From Oceanispirochaeta sp. (GTDB lineage: Bacteria; Spirochaetota; Spirochaetia; DSM-2461), in contig CAXXOA010000001.1 in assembly GCA_963666275.2 (NCBI GenBank), positions 1,120,001 through 1,184,000 of the forward strand: a DNA stretch of 64,000 bases, given 5' to 3'. How positions within the stretch are numbered: position 1 is the stretch's first letter; each line of letters begins with the position of its first letter. Shown piece after piece: positions 38,319 to 48,437 of this stretch. Below the pieces are notes generated by a model, which made no database searches, was not told where the DNA came from, and worked only from the letters and a program-made list of their open reading frames with translations. The position numbers and the translations under genes were made by a program.

Positions 38319-41300
38319 ATGGTTAAAAATATATACATTCGATCCGGTATGGTCTGGGGGATGCTTTTTCTCCTGTTCACTCCGGGGACGCTGTTTTCCC
38401 AGGAGTCTGCCGGGACGGGGACGGAGGAACAGGACGGGGCGCAGATGATCCCGAAAGCTTCGGCCGTTAAACTGACACCTGTTTTTCCCGATGCGGAGGA
38501 AGGGCTCATCTATATAGAGGGAGAAGATGCTGTTTCCACCAATTTCGCCACCTCACCGGTTTACAATTACGGCGCCTCCTCCTACCGTTCCCTTCAGCTG
38601 ATTCAGCAGAACTCTCCCTACGGGGGGCAGGCCTACTATGCGGAATATGCCTTTTATGTGAAAGAACCGGGTGAGTATGCCTTCTGGTACGGAGGAACCC
38701 CTACCGGACCGAAAGAGGATATCTTTCCCTCCTATGCCAGTCCTTTCCGGTATCTTCTGGATAATCAGGAGCCTGTTGAGGTCTACAGGGAGAATCAGTC
38801 TGTGGTTCAGGCCTATACGCCTTCCTATTACTGGAATGAGATCGGCACCCTCACCCTGGAGGAAGGTGTTCATACCCTGCGTTTTGAAGTCTCGGAAAAG
38901 AGGCGTTTCGACGGGCAGTTCTACTTTTTTCTGGATGCTTTCTTTTTTCTGAAAACCGAAAGGATGGAGGAGGAGCTGACCCTGGTTCCTCCGGTTTTTC
39001 CCTCGGCCAGGACGGACAGATCCATTGACAACCCCTTTCAGTCCATCGCCTTTTACGAAAATATCATCCAGGAGAACCCGGGCAATAAAAATGCCTACAT
39101 TGTTCTGTCCATGGTGTACTCCCTTCTGGGGGACTACCTGAATGCTATCAGAAATCTCAACAGCGCCATCAATCTGGATGGCGAGGATCCCTATCCGCTC
39201 CTTTTGATGGCTAAAAACAGGATATGGAACGGAGAGGTTACCACGGGGCTGAATCTGTACAGGCAGCTGGTTACCCTGGCTCCGGATAATCCCGCCTACT
39301 GGGCCGAAGCGGGCAAGGTAGCCGCCTGGACGGGAAAATACAGAGATTCGATTGATTTTTTTACCCGGGGGCTGGAAATCTTTCCGGATGATCTGAATCT
39401 GATGGTCAACCTGGGGCTGACCTATCTGTGGATGTCCCGGGGGGAAGAGGCGGAAAATCTCTTTCAGGAGGCTATGGACAGCGTTGAGGGAGATCACGAC
39501 CGGGTGATGGACCTGGGACAGATCCATGAACTGAGCGGTTATCCTCAGAATGCGGTGGAGATCTACGCCCGGGAGATAGCCCGGGCGCCGGAGTTTCTGG
39601 AAACCTATCTGGCCCTTGAAAAGTCCTATCGGAGCGCCGGAGACAGGGATAAGGCGGCCAGGGTCATTGAGCTGATCTACGATTCTTTCGAAGAGAGTCC
39701 GGCATTTGTCTCCTATATGAATGTGTACGAACAGCAGGTGCAGCTGAAGCAGAGCATCCTGGACAATTACAGGGAAGAGCTGGAGACAAATCCCGATAAT
39801 ATCTCACTCAGACAGGAACTGGCCCAGACCTACTTCTGGAACGGCCTGAAAGAGGAGGCCGTGGATGAATCCCTGAGGATCCTTGTGAACAAAATGTTTC
39901 TTCTATTCCGGGATTTTGACACCCAGGCCCGGGAGCTGCTTGAAACGAGGGATACCCTTGCCTACAGAAGCCGGGAATTTGCCGAACTGGATGAGACCTA
40001 TGAAAAAGAGATGGATCAGCTGGAATCCCTCTTTGACAGCTATATAAAGACCGGAGAGTCCCTGAAGAAGAAACCCGATGATCCGGAACTGGCTGTCCAA
40101 TTGGAAAACCTTTCCCTTACCCTTTCAGAGGCCTTTCTCCGGGCGGAGTCCCGCAACCGGGAACTGGAGGCCTTCAAAGAGAGGCTGGAAGATCTGCAGA
40201 TCCGATGGAATGCCCTTTCAACAGAGCAGACCCGGGAAGAGGAGCTGTTCCGTCAGCTTCTGGGAGATCTCGAATGGTCCTGGGACAGGGATTTCACCAA
40301 AGCCGAGCTTCAGCAGGTCCAGAGGAATGAACCTTTTCTCTCAGGGTACATACAGGGACGGCTGGCCATGATAGAGGGGCGGAACACAACGGCAGTCCGC
40401 TTTCTGGATCAGCAGGTCTTTTCCGACTCACCTTTTGCCAGGTACGGCCTCTACCAGAGCCTCCTCTGGATGGGGGACGAAGAGGGGCGGAAGGCCATGT
40501 GGGAGAACGAAGCGGATGTGCTGACCCTGTACAGGCAGAATCTCTTTGATCTGGAAGCCTCCGGGATCAGCACAGATGACAGCGGCGCATTCTATATTCC
40601 CCGGGAGGAGGATATTCTTCTCCTCTCGGAAACCGCAGCCCGTGAGGCGGCGGAATTTGATCAGTACCGGTCTGTACTGCAGCAGCTGGAGCAGGAGGTC
40701 CTGATGAGTCTGGATGCGAAACTGAACCGTCAGATCTACAATCTGGAACAGGATACCTACAGACTCCGCTATGAGCTGGGTGATTACTATCTTGATATGG
40801 GTGAGAACCTGAAGGCTTCCCTCCAGTATGACCGCGTGCTGGCTATGGATCCCTGGAACATCAGTGCCAACTACAAACTGGGCGTGGTCAGTCAGAGATA
40901 CGGGAACTGGTACAGAGCCATGCAGCAGTACAGGAAAGTCTACTATCATAATCCCCTCTATGAGAATGCCGCCAGTTACTACAATCAGCTTGCCAGGGCT
41001 CATGCGGATACGGTTCATATCACCGCGCAGAATATCACGGATCCCTCCCGGATCTCCCATCAGGGGAAGGCGGACTATACCAGAAATATTACAGACAGGC
41101 TGGGATGGGGATTCTCCTATCAGATGGATGTGGACAGTCTCTACAGAACTTACGGCACGGAAGATCCGTCCTCTTTCAAACTCCAGACCCTGGATCTGAA
41201 AGTCCCTCTGACTTTTCCTCTGTGGGATCTGCAGGTGACCCCTTTCGGCGGGTTTCATCTTTTCAACAGATTTTTCGGTTCCAGCTATGATTTCAATCCC

Positions 41301-42029
41301 TACCAGCCGGTCTCCCTGGAGGAGAACAGGACCGCTTCCACCCTTCAGCCCCGGGGAGGAGTGGATGTGAACTGGAAACAGGATTTTCTGACAGCATCGG
41401 GTATCTATACCTATGAACTGGAGGATGATTCCCTCTTTGAGGGAAGGAATCTCACAACGGTTCATGCCCTGGATCTGTCGGCGGATACCTACTTTCCCCT
41501 GGCAGACAAAGAGAGTCTGGGGCCCGTTACGACCAGGACCTTCGGCTCTTTGAAAGTTCTGAACAGTGAAGATGCTGTTCAGGGAAATCGCGTCTATCAG
41601 ATTGTTCAGGAAGCGTCTTTGGGATACACCCTGTCGGAAAAACCCTCTTTCAGAATTACAGGAAACGGGCTTTTCAATTTTGAAAACAGCAGCGAGACCC
41701 CTGTGACTGACTACTATGCGCCGGAAGATGTCTTTGAACTGAAAGGCGGACTCAGAGGGACCCTGGGGGTTCATAACGCCTCGTATACGGAAAATCTGGA
41801 ACTCAGTCTCTACGGCAGCGGCGGATCCTACTGGTCCGGTGGAGGGGATCCTTCCCTGAAACTGGAGGGACAGTTCAGCGTCTATTATGTGAAGGATACG
41901 ATGATGCTCTATCTGATTGCCGGAACGAACGGGACCTTTACGGACGGAATATCCGAGGCTCCCGGATACTGGGAGGTTTCGGCGACTCTGGGCTGCCGCC
42001 TGAATGTGCCTTCACTTCTGGTGCCCTGA
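38319..42029 (+). CDS. exported TPR protein with N-terminal CBM-like domain and C-terminal beta-rich domain (PelB-like export protein)
   Basis: Signal peptide ending TLFS-QE; IYIEGED..YAFYVKEPGEY..TLTLEEGVHTLRF..FLDAFFF jelly-roll pattern; many TPRs; last ~330 aa show alternating amphipathic strands. ATG 38319 has a GGAGA RBS. Confidence 0.75.
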   Translation: MVKNIYIRSGMVWGMLFLLFTPGTLFSQESAGTGTEEQDGAQMIPKASAVKLTPVFPDAEEGLIYIEGEDAVSTNFATSPVYNYGASSYRSLQLIQQNSPYGGQAYYAEYAFYVKEPGEYAFWYGGTPTGPKEDIFPSYASPFRYLLDNQEPVEVYRENQSVVQAYTPSYYWNEIGTLTLEEGVHTLRFEVSEKRRFDGQFYFFLDAFFFLKTERMEEELTLVPPVFPSARTDRSIDNPFQSIAFYENIIQENPGNKNAYIVLSMVYSLLGDYLNAIRNLNSAINLDGEDPYPLLLMAKNRIWNGEVTTGLNLYRQLVTLAPDNPAYWAEAGKVAAWTGKYRDSIDFFTRGLEIFPDDLNLMVNLGLTYLWMSRGEEAENLFQEAMDSVEGDHDRVMDLGQIHELSGYPQNAVEIYAREIARAPEFLETYLALEKSYRSAGDRDKAARVIELIYDSFEESPAFVSYMNVYEQQVQLKQSILDNYREELETNPDNISLRQELAQTYFWNGLKEEAVDESLRILVNKMFLLFRDFDTQARELLETRDTLAYRSREFAELDETYEKEMDQLESLFDSYIKTGESLKKKPDDPELAVQLENLSLTLSEAFLRAESRNRELEAFKERLEDLQIRWNALSTEQTREEELFRQLLGDLEWSWDRDFTKAELQQVQRNEPFLSGYIQGRLAMIEGRNTTAVRFLDQQVFSDSPFARYGLYQSLLWMGDEEGRKAMWENEADVLTLYRQNLFDLEASGISTDDSGAFYIPREEDILLLSETAAREAAEFDQYRSVLQQLEQEVLMSLDAKLNRQIYNLEQDTYRLRYELGDYYLDMGENLKASLQYDRVLAMDPWNISANYKLGVVSQRYGNWYRAMQQYRKVYYHNPLYENAASYYNQLARAHADTVHITAQNITDPSRISHQGKADYTRNITDRLGWGFSYQMDVDSLYRTYGTEDPSSFKLQTLDLKVPLTFPLWDLQVTPFGGFHLFNRFFGSSYDFNPYQPVSLEENRTASTLQPRGGVDVNWKQDFLTASGIYTYELEDDSLFEGRNLTTVHALDLSADTYFPLADKESLGPVTTRTFGSLKVLNSEDAVQGNRVYQIVQEASLGYTLSEKPSFRITGNGLFNFENSSETPVTDYYAPEDVFELKGGLRGTLGVHNASYTENLELSLYGSGGSYWSGGGDPSLKLEGQFSVYYVKDTMMLYLIAGTNGTFTDGISEAPGYWEVSATLGCRLNVPSLLVP

Positions 42030-42060
42030 ATCACAGGATAGAGGGGATACGGGGGATGTT

Positions 42061-42912
42061 TCAGATACGGAAGAGGCTTCGGCACTCCTGAAAAAGGGCA
42101 TCCTCTTTCAGGTCCTCAAGGAATCTCTCATGGAAATAGTCCAGCTGTTCCATTTTTATGCCGCTGTAGAGAAGATAGGGTTCCAGAGCCTGATGATCCT
42201 CTTCTGAAAAAGCCACGCTGTGGAGCAGAGTGGAGAGCATATCGGCTATGGTTATCAGAACAATCAGTTCCTTGTGGGAGGACTGGATATTGATGTTTCC
42301 GTGTTCTCCCGCCACATCCGCATAGAGACTGGGGAAATTCCAGCTGTTCATTACCTCTCTGCCCAGAGTGAGATGATCCATTCCGAAGATCCGGATCTCT
42401 TCCCGGCACATGTCATGCTCGTTGGGGCTGCCCAGGTTTATAATGATCTCATACCCCTCGGGCTTGCTCTCATGGAGGACGATCTGTCCGATGTCATGGA
42501 GGAGTCCTGCCAGGAAGGCTTCCTCTTTCAGCCGGCTCAGCCCGGAAATCTCAGAAAGTTTCCGGGCAATGAAGGCTGTGATGATTGAGTGCTGCCAGAA
42601 GTGTTTGTAAAAGGAGGAACTGCTTTTTTTCTGGAACATATTGGATGCGGTTATAAGCATCACCAGGCTTTTGATGGCTTTGAAGCCCATCAGGGAAATG
42701 GCCGTCTGCAAACGGGTTATCTGCTGCTGTCTTGCATAGAGGGCCGAGTTGGCCACTTTGAGAACTTTGGCGGTGAGGCCGGGATCCAGGCTTATCAGAT
42801 CTTCCAGTTCTGAAAAAGAGACATCTTCCAGATCTTCCGCATAGGTGAGGATCTTAGCGGCCACGTCAGGCATCACCGGAATGATTTTTAAAATTTTGTC
42901 GTACTGTCCCAT
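42061..42912 (-). CDS. HDOD-domain signalling protein
   Basis: IPVMP..A, DPGLTAKVLKVANS, FWQHS, AGLLHDIG and DH..LG..W.FP. Confidence 0.92.
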   Translation of the reverse strand: MGQYDKILKIIPVMPDVAAKILTYAEDLEDVSFSELEDLISLDPGLTAKVLKVANSALYARQQQITRLQTAISLMGFKAIKSLVMLITASNMFQKKSSSSFYKHFWQHSIITAFIARKLSEISGLSRLKEEAFLAGLLHDIGQIVLHESKPEGYEIIINLGSPNEHDMCREEIRIFGMDHLTLGREVMNSWNFPSLYADVAGEHGNINIQSSHKELIVLITIADMLSTLLHSVAFSEEDHQALEPYLLYSGIKMEQLDYFHERFLEDLKEDALFQECRSLFRI

Positions 42913-43017
42913 TTGAATAAAAACCGTTTCATTTATAGAATAAAGTTGTTAAAATTATATACAGGAATTGAATTGATACAATAAAAAGAATATGGTTTTT
43001 CTGTGAGGAGAAAGTTG

Positions 43018-44016
43018 ATGGCAGATGTAAAATGGGGTGTCTTGAGTACGGCTAAGATTGGAATGAAGCAGGTGATTCCCGGAATCCAGGGATCCAGGGG
43101 AAATACTGTGCATGCCATTGCCTCCCGGAATGCCGCAGCGGCTGCCGAAGCCGCAGCCGAGGCGGGAATTCCCGTTTCCTACGGCAGTTATGAGGAGCTT
43201 CTGGCCGATTCTGATATTGAGGTTGTCTATATTCCGCTGCCCAATCATATGCATGTCGAGTGGAGCATTAAGGCCATGGAAGCGGGAAAACATGTCCTGT
43301 GTGAGAAGCCTCTGGCCCTGAATCAGGAGGATCTTCAGAAACTGATGGATGTGAGCAGAAAAACTGGAATGGTGATTCAGGAAGCCTTCATGGTCAAACA
43401 CCATCCCCAGTGGAAAACTGCAAAGAAAATTGCCGGTGACGGGACTCTGGGTGAGTTGAAAGCCATTCAGGGTATTTTTGCCTATTACAATGTTGATGAG
43501 GGAAATATAAGGAATATTCCCGAGTACGGCGGAGGCGGTATCTGGGATATCGGCTGTTATCCCGTAGTCACTTCCCGGTATATCTTCGGTGAAGAGCCTT
43601 TAAAGATCTGTTCCATGGTGGAATATGATCCCGTAATGAGGATCGACAGGCTGGCTTCGGTTATGATGCAGTTTCCTTCGGGCCAGGCATCCTTTATCTG
43701 TTCTACCCAGATGGTGGGAACCCAGACAATGGAGCTTCTGGGAACAGAAGGCCGTCTGCAGGTGGAGATCCCCTTCAACGCACCGCCGGATAAACCCTGT
43801 CATATTTTCCTTTCCAAGGGAGAGTTCTATCAGGACCAGTGGCAGCTCCTGGACTTTGATATCTGCAACCAGTACGGTCTGGAGGCGGAATCCATGGTCA
43901 GAACCATCCGGGGAGAAGAAGAGTCTGTCATGTCCCTGGAGGACTCCCTGAATAATCTGAAAGCTCTGGAAGCGATCTTCCGTTCCGCCGGATCCGGAGC
44001 CTGGGAAGAGGTCTGA
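43018..44016 (+). CDS. Gfo/Idh/MocA-family oxidoreductase
   Basis: WGVLSTAKIG, VYIPLPN..H, GKHVLCEKP and GGG.WDIGCY; ATG 43018 behind GAGGAG. Confidence 0.93.
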   Translation: MADVKWGVLSTAKIGMKQVIPGIQGSRGNTVHAIASRNAAAAAEAAAEAGIPVSYGSYEELLADSDIEVVYIPLPNHMHVEWSIKAMEAGKHVLCEKPLALNQEDLQKLMDVSRKTGMVIQEAFMVKHHPQWKTAKKIAGDGTLGELKAIQGIFAYYNVDEGNIRNIPEYGGGGIWDIGCYPVVTSRYIFGEEPLKICSMVEYDPVMRIDRLASVMMQFPSGQASFICSTQMVGTQTMELLGTEGRLQVEIPFNAPPDKPCHIFLSKGEFYQDQWQLLDFDICNQYGLEAESMVRTIRGEEESVMSLEDSLNNLKALEAIFRSAGSGAWEEV

Positions 44017-44132
44017 ATCGGGAAAAGATGTTTTCTTTAAATTGAATTTTTTGTTAATACGCATTATGTTCTAATTGAGTTCTGGATTACTATTAAAAAA
44101 TATATGTTAAAATTTTGTCTGCTTAAGGAGAT

Positions 44133-44423
44133 TTGAAATTGATTAAACACGTGGTTATGTGGAAATTGAAAGATCCTACCAAAGCCGCAGGGCTTAAGAA
44201 TGCTATTCTGGGTATGAAAGGTAAAGTTCCTTCTCTGATCGATATTGAGTGCGGGGTCAACTTCACTGAAGGCGATGCCGCCTGTGATCTGGTACTTATT
44301 TCTACCCATGAGAGCCGGGAAGCCCTGGATATCTATCAGGCGGATCCTGTTCATGGCGAGGTAAAGAAACTTGTAGGTCCCGAAGCGGCATCCCGTCATG
44401 TTGCTGATTTTGAGATGGGCTGA
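44133..44423 (+). CDS. Dabb-family stress-responsive A/B barrel protein
   Basis: IKHVVMWKLK..G.N..DLVL.S..S.EAL..YQ..P.H..DFE. Confidence 0.85.
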   Translation: MKLIKHVVMWKLKDPTKAAGLKNAILGMKGKVPSLIDIECGVNFTEGDAACDLVLISTHESREALDIYQADPVHGEVKKLVGPEAASRHVADFEMG

Positions 44424-44453
44424 GTCGGGAGTATTGTCTAAACAGGAAGATAT

Positions 44454-45686
44454 ATGAAAGAGGAAAGACTGGATAAAATCCTTAAGATTGACCAGGATCT
44501 TAACCAGACTCAGGACCTGGATCTCATTCTGGAAAGGATTTTATCCTATGCCAGAGAAGCGGTTTCTGCAGACGCCGGTTCCATCTATATCATGGATGGC
44601 AATGAGCTCGAAATCCGCTACTCCCAGAATGAAACTCTCCAGAAGAAGCTTCCCCCGGGAAAAAAACTCATTTATTCCATTTTCAGAATTCCCATTAATG
44701 AAAAAACCATTTCAGGCTACGTTGCGGATCACGGAACCCATGTGAACTGTCCCGATATGTATAATATCCCGGAGAGCTGTCCCTACAGTTTCAGTACCCA
44801 TTATGATGATATTTCAGGATATAAAACTGTCTCCTCCCTGACCTTCCCCCTGAAAACCAATCAGGGTGAGGTCCTGGGGGTTCTGCAGCTGCTGAACTCT
44901 AAAGACAGCCAGGGGAATGTGGTTCCTTTTCTGAAAGAGGATGAACCCTTTGTCCTTCACTTTGCCAGTACGGCCACAGTGGCTCTTCAGAGAGCCAAAA
45001 TGACACGTACGCTCCTTTTAAGGATGATACAGATGGCAGAGCTGCGGGATCCCAAGGAAACGGGAGCCCATGTTAACAGGGTGGGGTCCTTTGCCTGTGA
45101 GATCTATGAGGCCTGGGCTGTGAAAAAAAAGTATTCCACAGACAGGATCGAGAAAGAGAAAGACATTCTCAGAATGGCTTCCATGCTCCACGACGTGGGA
45201 AAAGTGGGTATCTCCGATCTGATTCTCAAAAAACCGGCCAGGTTCAATGAGGACGAGTATAAAATTATGCAGTCCCATACCTATATTGGTGCCCGTCTTT
45301 TTGACAATAAAGAGTCCGAACTGGATCTGATTGCCAGGGATATTGCCCTGAGGCATCATGAAAACTGGGACGGAACTGGTTATCCCGGAAAGATCGAGTG
45401 GCAGGAATACAAGACCATGGAAGAACAGTCCATCGGGGGTGCTGAAAAACCCGAAGGTCTCAAAGGGGAGGAAATACCCCTGTTTGCCCGGATTGTTGCC
45501 ATTGCGGATGTCTTTGATGCCCTTTCGTCCAAAAGGGTCTATAAAGAGGCCTGGACAGAAGATGATGTTATCAATGAGATCAGAAGGACCAGGGGAACCA
45601 AATTCGATCCCGAACTGGTGGATATCTTTTTAGAGATCCTTCCGGTGCTGCGTCATATTCAGGAAAGATACCCGGATATTGAGTAA
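44454..45686 (+). CDS. GAF + HD-GYP phosphodiesterase
   Basis: GAF (ADAGSIY, GVLQLLN), RDPKETGAHV.RV, LHDVGK, HHENWDGTGYP and IADVFDAL. Confidence 0.92.
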   Translation: MKEERLDKILKIDQDLNQTQDLDLILERILSYAREAVSADAGSIYIMDGNELEIRYSQNETLQKKLPPGKKLIYSIFRIPINEKTISGYVADHGTHVNCPDMYNIPESCPYSFSTHYDDISGYKTVSSLTFPLKTNQGEVLGVLQLLNSKDSQGNVVPFLKEDEPFVLHFASTATVALQRAKMTRTLLLRMIQMAELRDPKETGAHVNRVGSFACEIYEAWAVKKKYSTDRIEKEKDILRMASMLHDVGKVGISDLILKKPARFNEDEYKIMQSHTYIGARLFDNKESELDLIARDIALRHHENWDGTGYPGKIEWQEYKTMEEQSIGGAEKPEGLKGEEIPLFARIVAIADVFDALSSKRVYKEAWTEDDVINEIRRTRGTKFDPELVDIFLEILPVLRHIQERYPDIE

Positions 45687-46647
45687 AAAAGAATCTGTCA
45701 GATCCATAACAATCTCACTTGCCCCTCTGGAAGGAGTGACCGACCGTGTTTACCGATCCTGTTTCTACAGGCATTTCGGAGGCCTGGATGCGGCTCTCAC
45801 TCCGTTCCTTCCGGTCCCAGATCACGTCAAAAGGGTCCCCGCCCGGGTGTTTGCCGATGTGGCTCTTCCCGGGGAGGAGCCCGTTTCCGAGATTCCCCAG
45901 GTGCTTGTCTCCCGGGAGGAGTCCTTCCTGACTGTGGGAAAAGCCCTGGAGAAGGCCGGTTACAGGGAGGTCAACTGGAATCTGGGCTGCCCCTCTAAAG
46001 GGGTGGTCAGAAAAAGGAAAGGCTCCGGCCTGATGCCCTATACGGATCAGATTCAGGCTGTTCTGGACAGGGCTCTTTCAGAACTGAATCTGGAAATATC
46101 CCTCAAGATCCGGACGGGATTTGATTCTCCCCTGGATTCCCATCGCCTTCTGAAGGCTTTGAAGGGATACCCCCTGAAGGAAATTATCTGCCATCCCCGC
46201 CTGGGGGTGGATATGTACAGAGGGACTCCCGATCTGGAACAGTTTGCCCGGCTGGCGGAAATTGCAGACCATCCTCTCGTTTACAACGGGGACATCAACT
46301 CAGTTGAGGACTATAGGCGTCTGAAAGAAAAATTTTCCTTCATCGACCGCTGGATGATAGGACGGGGACTCCTGAGAGATCCCTTCCTGGCGGAGAAAAT
46401 CCGTTCGGGAACCGATGATTCCGCATCTTCCCCTGAAGAGGATACCCGGTTCCGGGAATTCCTCATCCATCTGATGGAAGGGTACAGGGATACCATCACT
46501 CTTGAGAAAAACAGAGTCAGCTGGATGAAGGGGATTGTGCATTTCTCCCTGATCAGGAAAGAGGGGGAAGAGAGTTTGAGGGATAGCTTAAAACGTGTTC
46601 ATACGGAAAAAGATTTTTTTCAGTTTCTGGACAGACTTTTTCAGTGA
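45679..46647 (+). CDS. tRNA-dihydrouridine synthase (Dus family)
   Basis: LAPLEGVTD, NWNLGCP, SLKIRTG, HPR, YNGDI and MIGRG. Confidence 0.92.
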   Translation: MSKKESVRSITISLAPLEGVTDRVYRSCFYRHFGGLDAALTPFLPVPDHVKRVPARVFADVALPGEEPVSEIPQVLVSREESFLTVGKALEKAGYREVNWNLGCPSKGVVRKRKGSGLMPYTDQIQAVLDRALSELNLEISLKIRTGFDSPLDSHRLLKALKGYPLKEIICHPRLGVDMYRGTPDLEQFARLAEIADHPLVYNGDINSVEDYRRLKEKFSFIDRWMIGRGLLRDPFLAEKIRSGTDDSASSPEEDTRFREFLIHLMEGYRDTITLEKNRVSWMKGIVHFSLIRKEGEESLRDSLKRVHTEKDFFQFLDRLFQ

Positions 46648-46688
46648 GCAGAAACCGGAGGTAAAAAAGCCAGGCAGGGCTGCCGGTT

Positions 46689-47030
46689 TCAATAGACCGC
46701 CCGGAGACCTTCTGCAAAAAGTTTTCCGCAGACTGTGAACATAGCATTGCTGGTTTTCATAAGGATAATATCGTTCTCTTCCGCCAGTCTGATCATGTTG
46801 GGTGTGATCTCTTTTTCTCTGACAAAAAGGATACAGGAGATATCTGCCATCTCTGCGGTTCTTATGGTCTGAATGTTGGCCAGTCCTGTAATCAGTATGG
46901 CATCATCCGCTTCAACCGTTAAAACATCACTCATCAGATCTGAACTGAAGGCCTGAATATAGTCCCTGTCATCAAGTTCACCGCTGATCAGTTTCGCCCC
47001 GGTTATCTCCATTATCTTGTCTAACTTCAT
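46689..47030 (-). CDS. DRTGG-domain protein
   Basis: AFSSDLMSDVL..ILITGLAN.Q.IRTAEMADI..MF.VCGKL. Confidence 0.85.
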   Translation of the reverse strand: MKLDKIMEITGAKLISGELDDRDYIQAFSSDLMSDVLTVEADDAILITGLANIQTIRTAEMADISCILFVREKEITPNMIRLAEENDIILMKTSNAMFTVCGKLFAEGLRAVY

Positions 47031-47418
47031 TCTTACTCCTGCTATTAGTTTAAATCATATAGATATTCTTTTACTTTTTCAATCTCTCCCGCATAGGATC
47101 TCTCTTTCAGCGCCGCCTTTTTTTAGCGGGTGATTCTTGCGTATTTTAAAAAAGTACGGTAATATTTTTGTACTATCCGGTATTTTTCCGGAATTCTTTC
47201 GCAAATTATCTATACAGCTGGCATTCAATAGGCTTCCCAGTCTTTTCGCCGGTACTAGACTACATAAGGCATCAGCCTGACTATCTACTTTTTAACAGCC
47301 CGGCTGTTTATTTCCTACTCCCGTAAAGGTCGTAGATGCAACACGTCCGTTTTCCGGAGCTCCGGGATATTTGGCAAATTCTGGATGAATATCCATTGAA
47401 TATACAATTTTTGGAGGA

Positions 47419-48414
47419 ATGAAAATGAAAAAGACTATGATTCTCTTAATGGTCCTTCTGACTGCTTTAACAGGTGCTCTTTCGGCATCCGGTCAGTCAG
47501 AGGGAGACGGAGCACCCAAAAGAACCTTCGTAACCATTGGAACCGGCGGAGTTACCGGAGTGTATTATCCTACCGGCGGTGCTATCAGTAAAATGGTTAA
47601 CCAGAAATACGATGAATACGGAATCAAGGCAACTGTTGAATCAACAGCAGGATCAGTTTTCAATGTAAATGCGATCCTTTCAGGAGATCTTGAATTCGGT
47701 ATTGTCCAGTCTGACAGACAGTTTCAGGCCTATAACGGAACCGCTGACTGGGAAGATGCGGGTGCTCAGGAAAAGCTGAGAGCTGTTTTTTCCATCCATC
47801 CCGAATCTGTTACTCTTCTGGCGGCAGATGATTCCGGCATTGACAGTTTTGAAGATATCAGGGGAAAGGTTATTAATATCGGCAACCCCGGTTCCGGACA
47901 GAGAGGAAATGCGATCGATATCATGGAAGCCTATGGAATTGACTGGGAAAATGATATCAACGCTGAAAGCCTGAAAGCTTCCGAAGCAGCCAAAATGCTG
48001 CAGGACGGAAGAATCGATGCCTATTTCTACACAGTAGGACATCCCAACGGTTCTTTCAAAGAAGCCACTTCCGGAGCACGGAAAGCGCATTTTGTTCCTA
48101 TTACAGAAATTGACGGACTCCTGGCCAAGTTTCCCTACTATGCCGCATCCTTCATTCCCGTAAGCGAATATCCCAATGCTACCAACTCTGCTGACGTGGA
48201 TACCTTCGGAGTAAAAGCGACTCTCTGTACATCTGCGGATGTTCCCGATGAAGTTGTTTATGCCATCACAAAAGAAGTATTTGAAAATCTGGATGATTTC
48301 AAAAAACTCCACCCGGCATTTGCAGTTCTCACAGCCGAGAGCATGCTGACCGGTCTTTCTGCTCCCATTCACGACGGGGCCATGAAATACTTCAAGGAAG
48401 TTGGTCTGAAATAG
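47419..48414 (+). CDS. TAXI-family TRAP transporter substrate-binding protein
   Basis: TIGTGGVTGVYYPTGG, STAGSVFN, IGNPGSG and PIHDGA.KY; signal peptide. Confidence 0.93.
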   Translation: MKMKKTMILLMVLLTALTGALSASGQSEGDGAPKRTFVTIGTGGVTGVYYPTGGAISKMVNQKYDEYGIKATVESTAGSVFNVNAILSGDLEFGIVQSDRQFQAYNGTADWEDAGAQEKLRAVFSIHPESVTLLAADDSGIDSFEDIRGKVINIGNPGSGQRGNAIDIMEAYGIDWENDINAESLKASEAAKMLQDGRIDAYFYTVGHPNGSFKEATSGARKAHFVPITEIDGLLAKFPYYAASFIPVSEYPNATNSADVDTFGVKATLCTSADVPDEVVYAITKEVFENLDDFKKLHPAFAVLTAESMLTGLSAPIHDGAMKYFKEVGLK

Positions 48415-48437
48415 GCCGAAGCTTTCGGAAAAGCTGA

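Noticed and set aside
38258..38509. Extended PelD N-terminus from the ORF track
   Set aside because: It overlaps the signal-peptide region of the divergent gene and crosses the AT-rich spacer.
29981..42029. Pel region as a mobile island
   Set aside because: No integrase, transposase, tRNA or flanking direct repeat was seen, and codon style resembles the housekeeping genes.
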